Assembly: GCF_000150275.1 (NCBI RefSeq)
Contig: NW_002060944.1
Location: forward strand, 6,795,102 to 6,859,101
Direction: 5' to 3'
DNA from: Trichoplax adhaerens
Taxonomy: Eukaryota; Animalia; Placozoa
Length of the DNA: 64,000 nucleotides
Below the pieces are notes generated by a model. It made no database searches and was not told the DNA's origin. It worked only from the letters and a program-made list of their open reading frames with translations. This document shows positions 55,202-64,000 of the stretch, piece after piece. How positions within the stretch are numbered: position 1 is the first letter of the stretch; each line of letters starts with the position of its first letter. The translations under genes were made by a program, and so were the position numbers.

Positions 55202-56505
55202 AGTACTTGAGTTATGAAATGGATGATGCTTGACAGCTGATTTGCTTTCTTTCTCGATTCCTTTTCCTGCTTTTACAGTCTCGCCACGAATTGTATCCCA
55301 CAACGACCTATCCACGAGATATGTACAGTACAATTGTACATACATCAATATTTTCAAGATAACTGTTGTATTAAGCTAAACATGTATAGCATATCAAGTT
55401 ATAACAAGGAAGAGAATCTAAAACTACGTATTGCATCCATTGCTAACCTTGTAAGGTTTCCGATGCGAAAGACGATCAGTTCTATCTGGAAAGGATTTCT
55501 TGGGAAAGCTCGACTTGTCTCTTGTGGTTGCCTAGCCAGCGTGAGTGCATGAGAGCAGTACTGTACGTACTAGTACTGCAGATCGGTGTTAGCTGTTATG
55601 TCTGATACCGAGGTATACACTATATACTATACTATAGTGGACTACAGCAGTTAACCGTGACAGTACCAACACTGGGTCCTGTAATTTGTTATTGCCATAC
55701 TGTACTGTACTGTACTGTACAGTGTACAGTACCGCACAGTGTGACGCACTGTACACTGTACACTGTACGGTATTGTACCGTATTCAAAGTGGTTACACAT
55801 GACCGTACAGTACTATACTGTACAATGTACTGTAGCATTGCAGTACTTACTACTCAAGCCCTGGACTGTACTGTAACTAATAGAAAGCGGTTAAAGATTG
55901 TAATTTAAAAAACAAATTTGCCCAGTTACACCAGGCCTTCGGTCTTCAAAACATAAATATCAACGATCATGTTGGGAAATTCTCCATGAATAGTGTGATT
56001 TAATATAACTATCTCCAAGGTAAAAAGGACGCGATAGAAGGGTATTAGGCTTGTTAGTTGCTTGACATTTAGTGATGGATTTTATTGTTATTGCTATACA
56101 CGTTATGCTTTGGAACGATCTGAATAGGCCGATTGAGTAAATTGTTTAGACTGGAATGAAAGAGCATTCCAAAATGCGTAAATAGATATGATAATTTACA
56201 GTAGATCTTGCGTATCTTAAGTTATATTATTATTATTTATCATATAGTACTGTAGGTTAATGATACAAATTCCTTTATGATAATAGAGCTTCTGATAGTA
56301 AACAGTAAATAATACTTAGATGCCAGTAATTATACTCTGCAATCGATGTCAAATGAAGCTAATTTCCAGTTCATAGTAACTTTTAAAATTCTAACATGAT
56401 GGTCGATTTTATTGTAGAATATTGAATAGTAATTGGATTCATGTACATGTAGGACATAACACGGTATCAAAAATTTTTAATTTCTTATAGGTTTAGTACA
56501 ACGAC

Positions 56506-57033
56506 ATGCTACACAGTGAAAATCAGGACGACTTATGTCTCAATAAGATCTTCACCAAAGATCGAGAAGTTGGCAACGAAGCAGTCTGGTCGGTATCATC
56601 ATGTAAACCAGGCCTAGGAATTCATCAGTTATTAGACAATAGCTATGAAACTTATTGGCAATCAGATGGTTCACAGCCGCATCTCATCAACATTCAGTTC
56701 TTTAAAAAAACTTATATAAGCTGTCTAAAAATTTACACAGATTTCAAGCTGGACGAAAGTTACACACCCAAAGAGATTTCTGTTCGTGTCGGCTTGCATG
56801 ATCATGATTTACACGAAATACATAAAATGGAATTAAACGAGCCAGATGGTTGGATAACCATCCCACTAAATATTAGAGCATTCCTATTGCAGCTAGCTAT
56901 ACTCTCAAATCATCAGAATGGACGTAATAGCCATCTTCGACAGATTAAAGTATGTGTACCTGCTGATAGCGATTATATATTCAATCATAAGTATAGTAAT
57001 AATGAAATGAGATCTTATGCAATGGATCGATGA
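56506..57033 (+). CDS. ANAPC10: Anaphase-promoting complex subunit 10 (DOC domain), 175 aa, single coding exon
   Basis: Motifs REVGNEAVWSVSSCKPG, TYWQSDGSQPHLINIQF, DESYTP and NHQNGRNSHLRQIKV. A 5'UTR intron runs ~56020-56490 (ag|gtaaaa ... ttatag). Confidence 0.97.
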   Translation: MLHSENQDDLCLNKIFTKDREVGNEAVWSVSSCKPGLGIHQLLDNSYETYWQSDGSQPHLINIQFFKKTYISCLKIYTDFKLDESYTPKEISVRVGLHDHDLHEIHKMELNEPDGWITIPLNIRAFLLQLAILSNHQNGRNSHLRQIKVCVPADSDYIFNHKYSNNEMRSYAMDR

Positions 57034-58737
57034 TGATAAAAATCGTAAAATCTATCTATTTTTCAGCATTATGAGGTAATTTTAGCAACTTTTCTTTTTA
57101 AATGATTGTACTGTATGATTTTATATTTGAGATATAATGTGTACTGTACTAATAGATGTATGTAAATCGTGACATACTCTATTATTCTACTAAGATAATT
57201 AATGTACTGTATTTGGATTTAATCGTAATAGACTGATCTACACTAATTAAAGGGAAACTTGCTATATTTCGGCTATAGCTTGTTATTAGTACATGGCTTA
57301 CGATGTATCGATAATCGCAAGTTTAATCCTAATAGCGTCTAAGTAAGAATACAGCAGTACTCTTTATAGGGCACAATTATAAATCGATTGACAATTCTTT
57401 TTTAAACTATTAAGAATTCTCAATGCGTTGGCTATTTAATTAGAGACCCATGTAACAATCCTGATATGCAGCACAGTAATACAGGTATAATTCGATAACC
57501 ATCAGTACAACAATTTGCGACCTGTGCTTATACTTGTTACTACACTTGAACCTTACTCAAAAATGTATCTATAATGGGAGTTTATCCAGACAAGGTGCGC
57601 TTTGCCATCTGAATAATGTAATGCAAATAAAGTATGTACTATTAAAGCTCTTATGACTGATGTAATGGCTGACTGCAAGACACTTCATTACATTTCCATA
57701 GTGTCGTACATATACACACTACAGTAGAGACTGAATACTATTTGTTAGTTAATCTTTTAACGGGTAATTGAGATAGATTATATAATTAGCAAGTATCATT
57801 CATCGTATATCTACTCTACTAGGGGAACTCAATTATCATTTGCTCATAAGAACATGATGATACATTTACACGTCTGAATTTAAAATTGATAGAAAAGTAC
57901 TAACTCTACTCAATGACATGTAAATGTCAGTACTCATGGCTAGATATTTAAATTATTCCAATTAGGCATAACCATAACAACGATCAATACCAAAGATCAC
58001 TACAGTACCAGTTAGATTGCAACTAAAGTACTTTCCAACACTAGTCAAAGAAGCAACACCGACGCTATACAATAATGTTCTATTATGACTGCACTATATA
58101 TGAAAGGCGAGCTAACAAACTTATGTGTTCAAGGAAGAATCTAAACAACAAATAAGCAAATAATTTCAATCTTGTTCATAAAAACACTCCATTTATTGAC
58201 ATATGACAAAAGATATAAAAGAATATACCAATCATAAAGAAATCATGATGAGAAATCGGTAATAATAAATTGTTGAAATATCATTAGCATAATTAAATAA
58301 AAAGCGAGATACTGTAATAGCATGTGTAAAATTTCGAAAATTTGCAACCAATATTTACGTAGATAGTTGAAATACAGTAATCAGATCGAGATAGGGCATT
58401 TTAGTTGAAACATGTAAGCCCTGTTGAGTAATGTAAAACTAATGTCATCATTAACAAGCTTAAAAATAACTTTAATATACAAAGACGATATTATCATTAC
58501 CAAGGAGTCATGCTTTCAGGACTAGGAACCGGTAAGTAATATTAATTGGTCCTAACAAAGATGTCGGGACATTACTACTTACTCTTTCAAGTACTGTTAT
58601 AATTTCATTCCGTTATTACCAACATTTTCCTCGTATAACAAAAATTAAATTCAAATAGATTTCTATTACCATAAAAACTGAGGGTAATATTTACTTAAAG
58701 AAGCAATAACGAGAATCCGCTTCCTTCATTGAAGATT

Positions 58738-63495
<4,758 letters not shown>

Positions 63496-63766
63496 GGCGC
63501 TTCACAAATAGCGTGCCAAAATGATTAGGGTAAGAGCCGGTTTGGCAAAGATCAATTTGGTGGCGCAGTCCTGTCCTCAATTCTACAGTATAATCCAGTG
63601 ATTGGACCAAGTAAGCAAGAGGTAACAAAGTCTTTCCCAACACTACTGCGATCCAACCACGGCAATTGCCAGTGTCCCGCAATCACTCCAGTCCATGGGT
63701 TAAATACCCGATTTTCACAATACCGTACTACAGTAGGACAAACCCAAATACGGTCACCACACGACG

Positions 63767-63801
63767 GTACCGTCTACAGTGCATTGCACTGTAGACGGTA
63801 C
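63767..63801. promoter_or_regulatory. Palindrome with perfect 17-bp arms upstream of Rac
   Basis: GTACCGTCTACAGTGCA-T-TGCACTGTAGACGGTAC. Confidence 0.6.
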
Positions 63802-64000
63802 ACCCTAGTGCTCAAAAGAGTGGAGCAGACGCAGCACACCGCAGTGCTAAAAATAGTGGGCAGACGCCAGCCACCTGTAGTCTGTAGGATTTGACTGGCA
63901 TAGGCGAGTACCGTCCTTTACTGTCATGGCCATTTTGAAAGCAAGATCGCCATTTGCCATTTCTTGGTAGTATATATTGATTGCCACGACACTAGTGCAC

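Noticed and set aside
57031-57039. TGA TGA after ANAPC10 as selenocysteine/readthrough
   Set aside because: Followed at once by TAA and no SECIS was recognised.

Overview
AT-rich (~30% GC by eye), intron-containing animal DNA with mostly short GT-AG introns. Composition and gene style suggest a compact early-branching metazoan such as a placozoan (Trichoplax-like); this is inference only. I reconstructed nine intact genes by hand, exon by exon: KCTD5/2/17-like (+), IRSp53/BAIAP2-like I-BAR-SH3 (+), endonuclease V (-), TMEM130-like PKD membrane protein (+), DNAL4 (-), CCDC166-like DUF4515 coiled-coil protein (+), SF3B5 (-), ANAPC10 (+) and Rac (-). The last eight alternate strand strictly and form three divergent promoters. 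Those promoters and the Rac upstream region carry CAGTA/TACTG arrays, mostly arranged as inverted repeats. Other highlights: a probable U12 (minor spliceosome) intron, paired RFX X-box-like sites between two ciliary genes, a solo LTR with target-site duplication, a 447-bp insert flanked by 100-bp direct repeats, decayed pseudogenes (SDR, LRR, ankyrin, Cys-rich), and several unrelated tandem-repeat arrays. No rRNA, tRNA or CRISPR array was seen.
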